A DNA stretch of 64,000 nt, from NCBI GenBank assembly GCA_903813345.2, contig CAIIXF020000001.1:44392001-44456000 (forward strand), given 5' to 3'. The notes below the pieces were generated by a model. That model had not been told where the DNA came from. It was given only the letters and a program-made list of their open reading frames with translations, and ran no database searches. This DNA comes from Owenia fusiformis. Taxonomy: Eukaryota. The translations under genes and the position numbers were made by a program. Below, piece by piece: positions 13,186 to 26,217 of the stretch (positions are counted from its first letter, which is position 1; every line of letters starts with the position of its first letter).

Positions 13186-16100
13186 ACTCAGCCTCATTGA
13201 ATTGTAAATTTTACTTTGTTATTATTACATCTCCCGATTTTTGTCAGTTTTGAATTCATGATAAATATACAATAAATTCCGGAGATTAGGAAATTGCATT
13301 GGTAAAAATGTAAGAGCTCAATTAAAATGTTTTTAAATGGACGATTTTGATTTTAGTAATTTATTTTAGTGTTATTTTCAAAGAATGAATGTGTTAACTT
13401 TTTTAAATATTTGCAGAAAAATCTAGATCTGAGATGCCAAATTGGTCATGGTATTTTATGTGTTATTATCTTGGTATGCTAGACAACAATATAATGCAAT
13501 GAATATATTTTCTATCAAAACCATGACAGTTATGTAATAGCCTACGATGAAACCATTCTGTTAATTTAATTGTAATTTTTCAAGTTTTTACATCAACTTT
13601 TTATCAACTTGGTCTTACAGGCTCGTAGCCAGCTTTTGCCAAGGGGGGTTCAATTTTCTGAAAAATTCCAGGGGGTTCACTTTTACTTTGGCCCAAATTC
13701 AAATGAAAATGCTCAGAATCGTGAAACTGCATGATTTTGAAAGAATTTGATGAAACCATTAATTTGTTTGGGGATTTATGTGGAAATATACCATAGTATA
13801 AATTATAATTTATTTGTTTGTAATGAAAACAGTATAGGCTAAAATGAATGAGGATGTACTTGTACTAGTGTTGTTTATATTTATGAAGTAAATGTAATAT
13901 ATATTTCAAATGAAGATTCTTTGTAAGCTGTGATTGTATATATTTGTCATATTTGAATCATATATATTTTCCAAAATAAATAAATAAGTCACTAAGAACA
14001 TGTGGTTCAGACAGATTGAGATAGTATTTATTATTATCATACGCTCATGTTGGTGCATTAACTATTAATACATGCAAAGCGAGAAAGTTGTAATATAACA
14101 GTTTAAAAGATTTGGTGACTCTCTTTTAATTATTTCTCATGAAATATATTATTGGCTTATTGTATCAGTATTTGGTTATTGTAAATATATTACATTAAAG
14201 TGTAGGATAAACTATACATTACTAAGCTATTTAATTTTTACCAACAGTATGTTTATATTATTGTGCAAGCACATCATAGACATAGATGGGCTACACCCTT
14301 AAGAGCAACAAATTCACCAAAAATAGCATCAAATTAAGTAAGTAAGTAAGTTATACAGTAGTAAACACTGACAAAAAAATAAGAACGTTCCAGTATGAAA
14401 GAGGTTCAAATGTTCACCAATTTTATAAAATGGTCATCAATTATATTAAAGTGTTCAGCAGTTATACAGATGTAATAGACTCAGAGATCACATCAAAAAT
14501 GTGACCCTAACCACAATGTAAATTTTGGTTTGAAAGTGGGAGGAGTTTCATTTTACTGGTTATTATTACATCGTTAGTTTATTTTCTGAAATGTGATCAA
14601 GCCACCTTAGAAATACACGAGGGGGGGGTGAATTTGAAATTAATTAATTTTGTGGTTTGGCATGCTGCGTGCATTTATGTTTTAATGTGGTCCTCCAACA
14701 TATATTCGTAATCTATAAAAGTTAAACATTTAATAAGTTCAAATACAAATGTAATCCACTCTTAATTGTCAAAGAGAGTTCTACAAATTGGCCAGGTGAC
14801 AAATGTAAAAATGGCTACTATTTTTCCTGATTTCACTTTGGACTGTATTCACCGGTTTCTTGGTTCTCAATGATATCATTAGTATGGAAGTATACATTTT
14901 AACCAGTTATCTTCCAAGAAATCACTCATATACATACACAAATATATAATGACATCAGAGTGCAACTTTAACCATTACAATACTTGGAGTAACATTCAAT
15001 ACAGTATACAATGTAAGTGTATATAATTTAAAATGTAGTGTATAGTTACATTCCAAATGTCAGCGAATTAGCTTGGAATTTTATATTTTACATATGTGTG
15101 TTCAAAATAAAAGATAAAAAGGTTGAATCAGAGTAAAAAAGGACATACCTCGTTTAAAAATTGCAAATGTTGCGTGCTGTTATGTCACCCCTCTCTGATG
15201 TTATGTCACCCCTCTATAAATATATTATAATTTCTCGATGCTGACAATAGACAAACATGGTGCTTCATGAATCGATCCAGAAATCTGATATTTCATGTAG
15301 AGATGCATATATATTCATAAATATATTCTATATTTATTGAATGGGTTTGCACCTTTAAGAGATGAATTTCAAGTAGTAAATGTCTTCCTAATAATGTCTT
15401 TATTTGGTATAGAGTGTGCAATGAGGGAATATGAGGTGATTTATGAACTAAAGTATTTGAGATTTAATTCTGAAAGTTTACTGGGACCAGGTCAGTATAT
15501 TCCCTCCAAAAATGTAATTGAACACTATAGAGTAAATTTTTCAAATTAATAGTGGTATTGATCTAGGCTATCAAACAAAGTGATAAATTTCTTTTTGTGG
15601 TGTATATTGTTATATAAACACTGTCCATATCACATGTATTCGTACATGTATTTTATAATTAGCAGAATTTAACTTCTATACATAGTGTTGTATCTAAACA
15701 TATTTATTTAAAGGTTGTAATTGTAAATTAAAAGCTGTAAAAATATGGTTGAAAGTATTGGCTCTTAAAATTAAAAGATCATATGTAATTTTATAAAAAA
15801 AAGTGTTTGGAGTTTGTATTTTAAATAAATTTATTGATTAAAATTGAATTATAATAAATCTTTTTTTCGTTTCTTGGAATAAACATGATAATATTTTAGA
15901 CAAGCAGTTTGTACAACTCGGGGAAAATATTTGAGTATAGATGGAGTGACTATTACACTTGCTAATGAATAGGATCTTTAAACATCATGTATTTCCCATT
16001 GCTTTACCCACCATTTTTGTGACAGTCATTTGGCATCTGTGAGTAATAAATTGTTACAGTTTTGTAATTGTAACAAGGTTGATGACGTACAACAAAATGG

Positions 16101-16478
16101 CGAAACTCAGCTTGAAATAATAACATAAAGTTTAAAGTTAGAATCAGATCCTAATGACAACTCTTGACAAATTTTACAATAGCCTATTTTGTGCTCATTT
16201 TTAAATGCCCAAAGTGTATGCTGTATTGAGGAAAACTTCACCCAGTCTTTGAATCCTTAATAACTTCACCATTTTATAACATATTGTTGGTCTTTTGGGA
16301 GATAGTAAGGAATATGTAAGGAATATGTTGGTAGGTCAGCTGTACATGTTGCTTGCAATTTTGTCACTCCCTATGGATCTGATTCTCCCTTTAGGAATGC
16401 GACAATATTTTTTTGAAAATAAACAATAAACAATTTAATTATAATTATTTTAAAGATTTTATTTATTAATATTGATTT

Positions 16479-17402
16479 TCAAATTGCTGTACATTTCATA
16501 GAGAGGTCAAGCGGTTCAGTTTGCTCATTATATATCAATGATTTATTTGAGGTTATAATTTTATTGAATTGTATATTCCCCTGAACAGGACCATTGTAAA
16601 TGGATAACGGCCTTGGGACTGTATGTTTTGCAACATATGGGACAATTTTAGATGGACCTCCTTCAAGGGTATTATCATGTATCATCTTTCGCTTGATTTT
16701 GCACGTAAAACATTGACAATATGATAATTTTGAGCACCATGTAGTCTCATGAGATTGTCTATTTTCTAACATGCTTATATCACCTTGATTAAACCTATGA
16801 ATGTCTGAGATGTTCCAATGTTTACTAATAAGTTGGCTGTCAGTTGGCATTTGTAATCGAGGAATCCTTTCTGCCCATTTTGGTCTTTCCCAGCCTGGGT
16901 AAAGGTTCATGTTGGGTTGATTTGGTTCATGGTTAGGAGTTCTGTATGTTATATAGCTGTGATGTTGAGCCATAATGTCAGGATAAAATCTTTTACCCAC
17001 AGGGAGCATAGTGTACTGGAACCGTCTGTATTTTGTACGTTTTACCCAGGGGGTAGAGTTTAAATTAACTGGTCCATTCTGGTACAGCCTTACCCCCTCA
17101 GTTTCAGAAAGACTGCCTTCTACTGGGTACTCTTTGTGTAGTTTTTGATGACGTTTCATATTTGAGAGTTCAGAGAATGTTTTGAGGCAATATGGGCATT
17201 GGTGAGGACGCTCCCCAGTATGGACTTTCCAGTGACGTCTTAGACTGGCCACCTGGGAGAAGCGCCTGCCACATGTCATGCATCCAAATGGTTGTTCACC
17301 AGTGTGACGGCGAGTGTGACGTAATAGGTGTGACATATAGTAGAATTCTGCGTCACATACTGAACACTGGTATTCACCCTGTTGTTTCCCCTCGGACTCC
17401 AT
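16479..17402 (-). CDS. C2H2 zinc-finger transcription factor (3 fingers) with a C-terminal PLDLS CtBP-binding motif
   Basis: 307-aa ORF; fingers CSVC..HTRRH, CMTC..HWKVH and CPYC..HQKLH joined by TGEQP/TGERP linkers; ends [12 protein letters not shown]. Confidence 0.88.
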   Translation of the reverse strand: MESEGKQQGEYQCSVCDAEFYYMSHLLRHTRRHTGEQPFGCMTCGRRFSQVASLRRHWKVHTGERPHQCPYCLKTFSELSNMKRHQKLHKEYPVEGSLSETEGVRLYQNGPVNLNSTPWVKRTKYRRFQYTMLPVGKRFYPDIMAQHHSYITYRTPNHEPNQPNMNLYPGWERPKWAERIPRLQMPTDSQLISKHWNISDIHRFNQGDISMLENRQSHETTWCSKLSYCQCFTCKIKRKMIHDNTLEGGPSKIVPYVAKHTVPRPLSIYNGPVQGNIQFNKIITSNKSLIYNEQTEPLDLSMKCTAI

Positions 17403-18293
17403 GTTAATCTTAAATTAATTAAAAAGAATATTTTTAGCTTTATATAGTTCAATAATGAATGATCCATACCTCAGTTTAAAGTTTCAAATACTTGATTCAT
17501 TGGAGTAACATTTTTTTAACTGTCACCTTGTTCACAATATTTTTTCTTGCAATATTCTATGTCATGTCTATTTAATTTCTACCTTTTATGACTTTATTTC
17601 ATAATAATCTCTTGAGACTCTACTGGCAAATATATAAACTAACCTGCCCCTTTTCAATTTTAGTGAATTTGGACATTTCATCTTAAATCTCCAATATCTT
17701 TCATATTTGATCAAATATCTCAATCCATTTTTCAAATAATGAAATTAAATTGTAATGGAAACATGAGAATGCCTTTTCAAAATGTTTCTTCCAACATTTT
17801 ACAATCTCTTTTCTTTTCTACTACTTTGAAATAGTGAAATGAAACTTAAAACATTCTTCAATTATGCAATTGAGTAAACAACAGAATTAACAGAAGTCAT
17901 CCAATCTTGGGATCTAATCATGTTTGATAACTAAGTTTTAAATCATTTAGAAAATAATAAGAATTAAAATAGATTTTTAGACATTAACATTTTTTAACAA
18001 GTTTTATTTATAAAAATGTATCTCCATTGATGTAAGTTTTTGAATTTTATAAAATCAATTAATTAAGAACATGCTTATGCGTTTTGTCACATTATTTGAG
18101 GTACAAACACTTGAATATTCTAAAAATATTTTAATTGATAAAGAGAATTAATTAAATTAATGAAAATAAATTTACCAACCTGTCTTGAATCTGGAAACAA
18201 TCCGCCAATACATCTACATATGATTATTCTTCTTTTTTGAAGCTTCAATTTACAGTTAAAGTTTTGACCAGAAACAACCGTTTTGATGTCTAC

Positions 18294-18303
18294 TTATTTA
18301 TAT
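18294..18303 (-). promoter_or_regulatory. Candidate TATA box for the zinc-finger gene
   Basis: The minus strand reads ATATAAATAA, followed about 115 nt later by a donor-like CAG|GTTGGT at about 18180. Motif evidence only. Confidence 0.25.
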
Positions 18304-20300
18304 CCATTTTTGATCAGATATGTGAAACTAATACTTTGTTAAGTCAGTTATAATGTGATGATGTCATTTCACATTGTTTTTAGAATAATAGGTTTTAATT
18401 GCAGTTGTCAAAAAAATAATTTGAGGTGTTCACCTGCAACTTTCACTCTCTTACACCTGTTGATAAAGTCTCAATTTGAAATTCGATTCAATGTAAAATA
18501 TATCGGTAAACAAAGGTATTTTGAGGTTTTGGATAAACGTGATGGTTTATCAGCGATAGGGAAAGCGAATTCTTTTGTAGATATATTAACAGGTTATATT
18601 TCACTGCTTATTTAAATGTTTATTTGATCTCAAAACACAAACAAAACGATTGTCAAAATTAACAGTCCAAATAAAGCTTTTAATTTTGCTTGATTAAATC
18701 TTTATTTGACTAGTTGACTAAATTAATTATAGTTTTTACATTACGTTGCCTTTGAATAGATTGTTTATAAAAGGACTTTTACCTGACTAAAAAATACCTC
18801 GTTATGCCACCTGTAATTACAGATTATCTGAAATGATAGTGTCATTTTGGATTTAGTAACTAGATAGGCAGAAACTTTCACTGTGCAACTGACAGATCTG
18901 TGGAATGATTGTATATTTAGTAGGAAAATAAATTAATAATTAACAGCGGTAAGCTGTAATTTAATTAATTTCCATGGTTGACTACTCGACAGCAATACAA
19001 CACACAGGAGAAATTGGAGGAAATTTGAGACATATATTAAGCACATTAATGTTTTAAATTCTTAGAAATACAAAAATGATTAATAAGATTTTTACATGTC
19101 AATTCTTTAAGTAAACATTTTTTATGGTAGGCCCTCATATAAAAGACATTGGGATTAAAATGGTCGTTAGTGTAGAGGCCTCTATTCAATCCGATACCAT
19201 ATAAAACTTAAATTTCATGTTATCTCACCAGATTTTCAATTAGGGTATTCTGAATAGCAATTCCACAAAACTGTCAGGAAAACATGAGCCTGAATCCCAA
19301 ATTAACATTGATGCTTCTCAAAATTAATTTGGAATTTTGAGTCCATATTTTTGTGACAGTTCCATGGAATTGTAATTCTTGAAAAAATATATGTTTATAA
19401 ATTGAATTCATGGGATTAATAGATAATATAATGCCCACAATAAAATATGGTACAGAATAAGGGGAATGACAGCTTTGATAAAAAATACTTAAATGTATAC
19501 TAAAAAAGTTAACCCAGAATTCAATATAGTAGTAGGAGTAAGGATACTGTAAAAATAATTACCTTCTTCACCGATTTCAAGTTTGCAGTTGAGCTGAAAA
19601 TTTAATAGTATCATAATGAAAAGCAAGGTTGCTGCTTGTGCAGGTCAAAAGTTCAAACTTGCAAATCCCTTGCAAAAAGTTTCTGGTTGAATTTTATTCT
19701 TATTAGTGATACTGTACAAAATCTTTTCCAATGTGGGAAAAGAATTTAAATACATGACTCAACAAATTCTGTGTAATTTGTTGCAAACATACCTTGTATC
19801 TTAACCTTTGAATTTGGGCTACTACCCTCAGTCAAAGTTTTGATACTAAAGGATTTAACAGGGCAATGTGGAATGACTATTCCTTCAAGGTGTTGCCTTC
19901 CAAAATTTGCACGAGATGAGGAGCATCGAGTGTTGATTTTAGGAAACAATGCCTGAAAGAAATGGTCATTACACAATGCACTGAGTCCAGGGTTTAAATT
20001 ATTTTCACACATTGCAAAATATTTCCTACCATGTCACTTAACAGATACAAAATCACTAAAAGAACATATATTCAATGAAACCTGTTGCAGGAGTCAAATT
20101 TGCAAAGCATCAATTTCAATCTGAGAGTCCAAGGTATCACCTTGGACAACCATACAACAAATGTGCTATTGGTTATATAATGGAATGCAGTTACATGAAA
20201 TAGTGTGTTCTGAGTGGCCGGAATTGGACACACCTTTTCATGAAAAGGTTAACCTTATGTTTGAAAAGATACTTATTGATTCCTTGGCTAAATCCTTTAA

Positions 20301-20629
20301 CCTTTAAATGGTTAGGCTGTAGAACATTACATCAACGGTTGGGGCTATTCAATTCCCAGTATTTTGAGCTTATTTATACTATATTGAGGCATTATTGATG
20401 AAAAAATTCATATTCTAAGAACATAGAGGTTCATCGTTTCAAGTCAAAATTACTGACAATTTGGGTATTTCAGTAGCTTTGACCAGCTCTAACTTTCTAG
20501 GAGGGATTAGAGTCATAATTTTTTCGCTAAAACATGCCTTATACAATTTTAAGAAAACCCAGAAAGTTTCAGATCAAAAGACAAACTACGAAAAAAGTTA
20601 TCAAATCAGCCCTCCTAACAGTTTAAGGG
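20301..20629. mobile_element. piggyBac-like MITE (TTAA TSD)
   Basis: TTAA|CCTTTAAATGGTTAGG ... CCTAACAGTTTAAGGG|TTAA; 13 of 16 TIR positions match. Confidence 0.6.
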
Positions 20630-22210
20630 TTAATACAGGTTATAACAAGCAAATCATCCCTCTGGATAAACCTAATACATTAAGATCATATCTGGGTAGA
20701 CCTAATATACAATCCATCCCTATACTAAGAATGATATCTCTCCCTGGCTATCCCCTTTATATTTATCCCACATAGGCGGATATGTTATTTAATATATCTT
20801 CCAGGCACAGAAATCTATCATATTGTCCAAAAGTCACTTTCAAGTTTACCCAATTCCATTTTTAAGCAAGCAATTTTACCATATTCCCCACCACATTAAT
20901 TAATAGCACAGTTTGCTTAATTTGTGGCAGCCCTCCAACTATAGTTCACAATGAGTCCATTCAACAAACAGAAACCATGGTATTTGCCTTTAATTGGTGG
21001 AATTAAATTTATATACAATCAGACCTAGAGGTACCATTTTTACATCATGATAAAGAATAAACAAATACAAAATGTTACTATTTTTTGAATCTTAATTTTA
21101 AAAAATGATTCATGAATACCACATTCTGCAATATTTGAAAATTCTTTATTCAATCCTGTATTTGTTCTAGTCTTGTATCCAATCTCCTATTAACCAAAGT
21201 CCCATTTATTCATAGAAAAAATGGGTTATTGGATGCCAAGAGAATATGGATTTTACTTCTGGGGACAATAATAATGATATTGACCGAGGGCTTTAGCCAG
21301 AGTGTCAATTTGATATACAGGATCCTTATCTCAATGTCATATTGTACTGAGGATAAAATCCATATTCCTTCTCTCCATAACCTCTATATCCGAGATGTCA
21401 AATTAGCTCAAAAAGAAGTTATTCACTGTGAGGGATTTGCTATTGGGAATATCCAAAGTATGATATCAATAATGAGGAATGTTCTCTATCATCCTGACAT
21501 ATGAATAATAGAGGTTATTTAATGGAAGCGGAGACTAACATAAATTTTATGTTAGTCTCAGATGGAAGGGATGGAATATGAATTTTATTCCGAGGGAAAA
21601 CATGATATTGGCTGAAGAAATATATTGACTGAGGGCGATAGCATTTAAAAATTAAATCTACGGTTTGGTTTCATCTCATTTTAAAATTGTAAGGAAACTT
21701 CCTGGTTGGCCCATGTACCCCCCTGGGAACTCCCTTATGTTGAGACGCACTGGAGACGACTGCCAGGCTGCTGTTTTGACATCACCCATGTTTACTTGTT
21801 GTGCAGGCTTGTTGCTGTGCACTACATTAAAAATTTGATTAGCTATATATAAGTTACCAAAGAACTATTTATCTGACCATGGTAAACTAGCTATCCTACT
21901 AGATTTTACTACGACCGCCCATATACAGTGGTAGCATATCGGCCGATATAAAGATGGCAGCACCAACAGAATCCACTATTATCTTTTTATCGACCTTCGC
22001 CTATGGTAAACAACTTGAAATACAATATTGTGTTGATTTTACAGCAGTAACTTATTGTCTTACTATTCGACTATGTACTATACTTTTTGATTACACAATA
22101 CACGTCATATTGCTCCAAATGAATACATAGTCACCCTCTGCTTCAATGCGACAGTCTATACTAAAAACAAAAGTTTAAAACTTTTGAATTTACCGCGCCA
22201 ATTATAATAA

Positions 22211-22359
22211 AGGTCAATTAGCGTAACTGGGCCAAAGGTCGTAGGTGTGGTGAGCACGCTCATGTCTAAGTGACATTTTAGTTATAAAATTCTAGACGTT
22301 ATTTTCCTGATTTTATGAAGGTAATCTCGAAGAGATTGCAACGAATCGTACTGGTAAGT
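22211..22359 (+). promoter_or_regulatory. Putative ELOVL promoter and non-coding first exon with a DR1 nuclear-receptor element
   Basis: AACT-GGGCCA-A-AGGTCG at 22225-22241, an extra AGGTCA at 22211, locally CpG-richer sequence, and a consensus donor CTG|GTAAGT at 22353/22354. The ATG exon at 27492 begins after an acceptor, so an upstream exon is required. Confidence 0.45.
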
Positions 22360-23244
22360 AATTTTTGAAGTTTTGTCTAACATTTGGTCGTAATTTAGAA
22401 GTAGTTTATGGCTGCAATAAGAAGGAAATAGGCCTACAATTTTTTTATCACGATTTTTTCAATTTGTTTCTGTAGCCGGCTTGGCCTAGCATCTTTCCAT
22501 GATTGAGTCTAACCTTCCCTGGTTAGTCTGTAAGATATTCAACAGATGGTCAGGTATGTGATCTATGCTTGCTTTGACTGGGATGTAGTAATCTGTATTT
22601 TCTACAAACAAATTTGAAAAATCTTAAGTTACTGGAGACCCTATCTGTTGCAAGACTAACGCCTGGTTATCGCATCTTACTTCAGTCCAAAGCCTTCTCT
22701 ATATTCCGGCTTTGAGGAGGAAGATTGAGCTGCCTTAGTATTATAAATATTGTAAATAATTGTGTCACACGCACAGTAAATATGGCATAATAATATGAAA
22801 TATACCTTTATGTATAGATTTGAAGAACATCAGCTCACATCCCCGTCTGAATCTATTGTTATATTTGATTTCTTTAAGCAAGAATAATTTCAAATGTTAT
22901 TCACGTCCAGAACCGGAAGCCATTTTTAGCTACAGCGAGAAAATTTCACCATGTGTCGAACTCCGAAATGAAATTTTGAAATATCTAAATCCAGACAAGC
23001 AATGCTTCATCCTAAATATGATTAATATTCTTAAAAATGTTTATAAAATTTATTAAAAATGAGTTCTAGGTGCGTGTAGGTGCGTGTAGCACAGTACATA
23101 CGAAATCAATGTAGTTTCGTCTAGCTGTAAGCTAGAGACTCGAGTAAATCGCATCCTACGACCCCTTTAGATTGTGGTCGTACGCCCGTATCATTGGTAA
23201 GCCTGTCTTTCTACAATGTCGGAGAATGAACTACGCATTGCACT

Positions 23245-23843
23245 CCCGGGGGGTTCACTATATACAAACCTTGACGGAGATCCTCGGCGCATGTGGGGTA
23301 CCTTTTTCAACGTTTGGTATGGCAATGGACCCATATTTTAGGATTTGGTATGGGAATGCCCGGAAATTTCTGACTTCTGAGGTATGGCAATGGTCGGACT
23401 TTTGCTCTTCTGGTATGAGAATGGTCGTTGTAGATAGGTTACCTAACATTCGTGGTATGGCATTGGTCCAGTAGTTGCAAATTTGAAGTTGTTTTGGATC
23501 GTTTCCCGAAGTATCTTCTTTTCCAGGGCCTTCAACTTTTGAATTTTAGCCCTTGGTCCCATATTTGGACATTTGGTATGGCATTGGTCCTACATTTTGA
23601 CATTTGGTATGGCATTGGTCCCATAATTGGGCATTTGGTATGGCATTGGTCCTATATTTGGACATTTTTGGACATTTGGTATGGCATTGGTCCTATATTT
23701 GGACATTTGGTATGGCCTTTGGGCGTTATTTTGGTTGGTATGGGAACATATTGAAATTTGACAGATTGGTATGGGAACATATTGATATTTGAGGCTTCAG
23801 CCTAGGACCCCCGTCAAGTTTTATATACAGTGAACCCCCCGGG
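23245..23843. mobile_element. Non-autonomous DNA transposon with an 8-bp TSD and internal tandem repeats of about 31 bp
   Basis: TIR CCCGGGGGGTTCACT(A/G)TATA...TTGACGG; ATTGCACT at 23237-23244 and 23844-23851; repeats of TTTGGTATGGCATTGGTCCTATATTTGGACA. Confidence 0.92.
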
Positions 23844-24108
23844 ATTGCACTTTTAAATGACCTACCTCGATACATTCCAGAGTATTTTAGAATTCTTTTT
23901 TATGTTGTTAGGTCTCCAATTGTATGGGTTTATCGGCAGAACGAAGAGATTTTAGTTTTTACATCGAAAATATGTCAGCAATTTTCAAAATGTTGGAAGG
24001 GGAATTCCCCAGGGATTTCCCTTATGACTGGTGCATGCCGTGAACTGAATGGAGGAATTTGACGGTTGAATGCAAATATTGCTATCAAAAATGAAAATAA
24101 CCATAAAC

Positions 24109-25520
24109 GCCTGGCACAACCGTCACCATGTTATTAAGTGTTTTTAAGTTTCGCAAGGATCCTGCCATGACCGTGGTAGTGTTATCGTGATAGCCTCATA
24201 TAACCGTGACAATGCTACATTATATATCATGGCCTGTCATGACCATGGTAATGTTAAAGCCTGATATGACCATGACAATGGCTGCAAGGTCTGTCATGAC
24301 CGTGGTAATGTTAAAGCCTGATATGACCATGACAATGGTTGCAAGGCATGTCATGACCGTGGACTGTGGACCTATAAGGACTGTGGAGAGAACCTTTTCT
24401 TAGCTATCGGGGCGAAGTTTGGTCTAACATCTTCTTCCTTATTCTTATTTTCCTAAAATGTATGCATATGGCAATATTCATCAACCAGTAGAACTGATAA
24501 ATCGTTTAGAATTTATAATTCTATACAAGGAGTCCCACTTATAGATTTTTTAAATTCTTTCCAAGTCGATGTCGAAACACCTAGCGGGTGAAATTGAAAC
24601 TAATTTTTGTGGCTGCTCGAGTCGATAAAATCTCAGATAGTGTGAGTCTTTTTATGACAACGTTTCTTATAGAAATCACTTGACGATTATTCGAAAGCAT
24701 TAAAAGTTGAATCCAAAGCGTAATCTGAAATAAAAGTGAAAAAAAACATTGTGCGAACGTTAGAGAACAAACTTCTGGTTTAATAAAAAATGGCTGAGAC
24801 AAAGAAGAAGACGAAGAATTAGAGGATTTTCTTTTGCCATTATCGATCGATATAAGGTATGTGCACAAATTCTAGTTGCATACATGGAAAATAGATACGT
24901 TTTTAAAGGCTATAGCATATTCAAAGCTTTCATTTTACGATAGGCCCAGGATCATTGGACACGACTCGGCAGTCCATACTGCTGCTTTAAAGCCTGATAC
25001 GACCTTGACAATGGTTGCAAGGCCTGTCATGACTGTGGTAATGTTAATGCACAATATGATGATGACAATCGAATGGTTATATTAATTGACATTTAGTAGC
25101 ATGAGAATACTGTAATAAAAAATGTCATCGTTTATCTACCTTAAATATGTAAATCTAGACTACTACTACATGTACTTCTACTTTAACTCATAATTCATTT
25201 CCACAAACTAATTCAAGAACGTGAACATTGTCATGGTCATATCAGGGTTTAACATTACCACGGTCATGTCAGGCCTTACAACCATTGCTACAGTCATTTA
25301 AGGCTTTACCATTACCACGGTCATGACAGGACTTGCAATATAATATAGCATTGTCACGGTCATATCAGGCTTTAACATTACCACGGTCATGACAGGCCTT
25401 GCAATATAATATAGTATTATCATGGTTATATCAGGCTATCACGATAACACTACCATGGTCATGGCAGGATCCTTGCGAAACTTAAAAACACTTAATAACA
25501 TGGTGACCATTGTGCCAAGC
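24109..25520. mobile_element. Foldback element with long TIRs built from tandem units of about 57 bp
   Basis: GCCTGGCACAA..TCACCATGTTATTAAGTGTTTTTAAGTTTCGCAAGGATCCTGCCATGACC is mirrored at about 25430-25520; CATGACCRTGGTAATGTTAAAGCCTGATATGAC units lie in both arms. TSD unclear. Confidence 0.8.
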
Positions 25521-26085
25521 ATAAGTCTTGCAATAGATAGCATGTGGCTTACTGTTGAGTTCACAATCAGCGTCACCTATTATTCCCCATCTTGATTTAC
25601 AAGGTTTCGATTGTTCCTACCTCACATTGATAAATCTGCCCGATATAACCGACCACTGTACAAATAAACCCCAGCTGAGTTCACTCTCAATATTGCCTCT
25701 CCTGGCAGTTGCCGCAGTCGAGTTTTGTAAGACGCCACAAAACCAATCGGCCAATCAACGATGCAATATTTATTTAGACATTTTCAATATTTTGTCACGT
25801 GACGGAGCAGATCTTTATTCTGCGTTGTTATACAGTATTGAACTTTTTCTTGGGAGGACTTCCTGATACAACTTCACCGTCTGTCATATTGGATGAAAAT
25901 ACTTTTTACTAAATTCCCAGGAATTGAGTGATGTGATGTCATTTTAATTGAATAAATAGTGCTATTCACTAAAAATGAGACCAATGAGAACGAGTATCAC
26001 GGCATGGAAATAATAAAGTGCAATATCACATTCTAAACTGTCAAATATCATCTGTTTTAACAATACCAACTGTGTGATATCATAT

Positions 26086-26217
26086 ACAATTATTGACCTC
26101 TCCAGAGGTTTACTGTCAAAATTATATCCCGAGACTGTAAACCGAGACCGTAGGTCGAGGTTTACAGTCGAGGGATATAATTTTGACAGTAAACCGAATG
26201 GAGAGGTCTATAATTGT
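26086..26217. repeat. Imperfect palindrome of about 130 bp, probably part of a non-autonomous element
   Basis: ACAATTATTGACCTCTCCA..GGTTTACTGTCAAAATTATATCCC..GACTGTAAACC-GAGACCGTAGGTCGA-GGTTTACAGTC..GGGATATAATTTTGACAGTAAACC..TGGAGAGGTCTATAATTGT. Confidence 0.8.

Noticed and set aside
12082..13253. Twin ORFs MIRTGFQQNSYK... on opposite strands
   Set aside because: Artefact of the palindrome; non-ATG starts and no recognisable domain.
18421..18815. Cluster of CACCTG E-boxes and GATA-like sites upstream of the zinc-finger gene
   Set aside because: Short motifs whose enrichment over chance cannot be shown without conservation or chromatin data.
23172..23792. Overlapping Trp/Gly-rich ORFs
   Set aside because: They are translations of the 31-bp minisatellite inside a MITE.
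24206..25085. Met/Thr-rich repeat ORFs
   Set aside because: They are translations of tandem units in the foldback arms.
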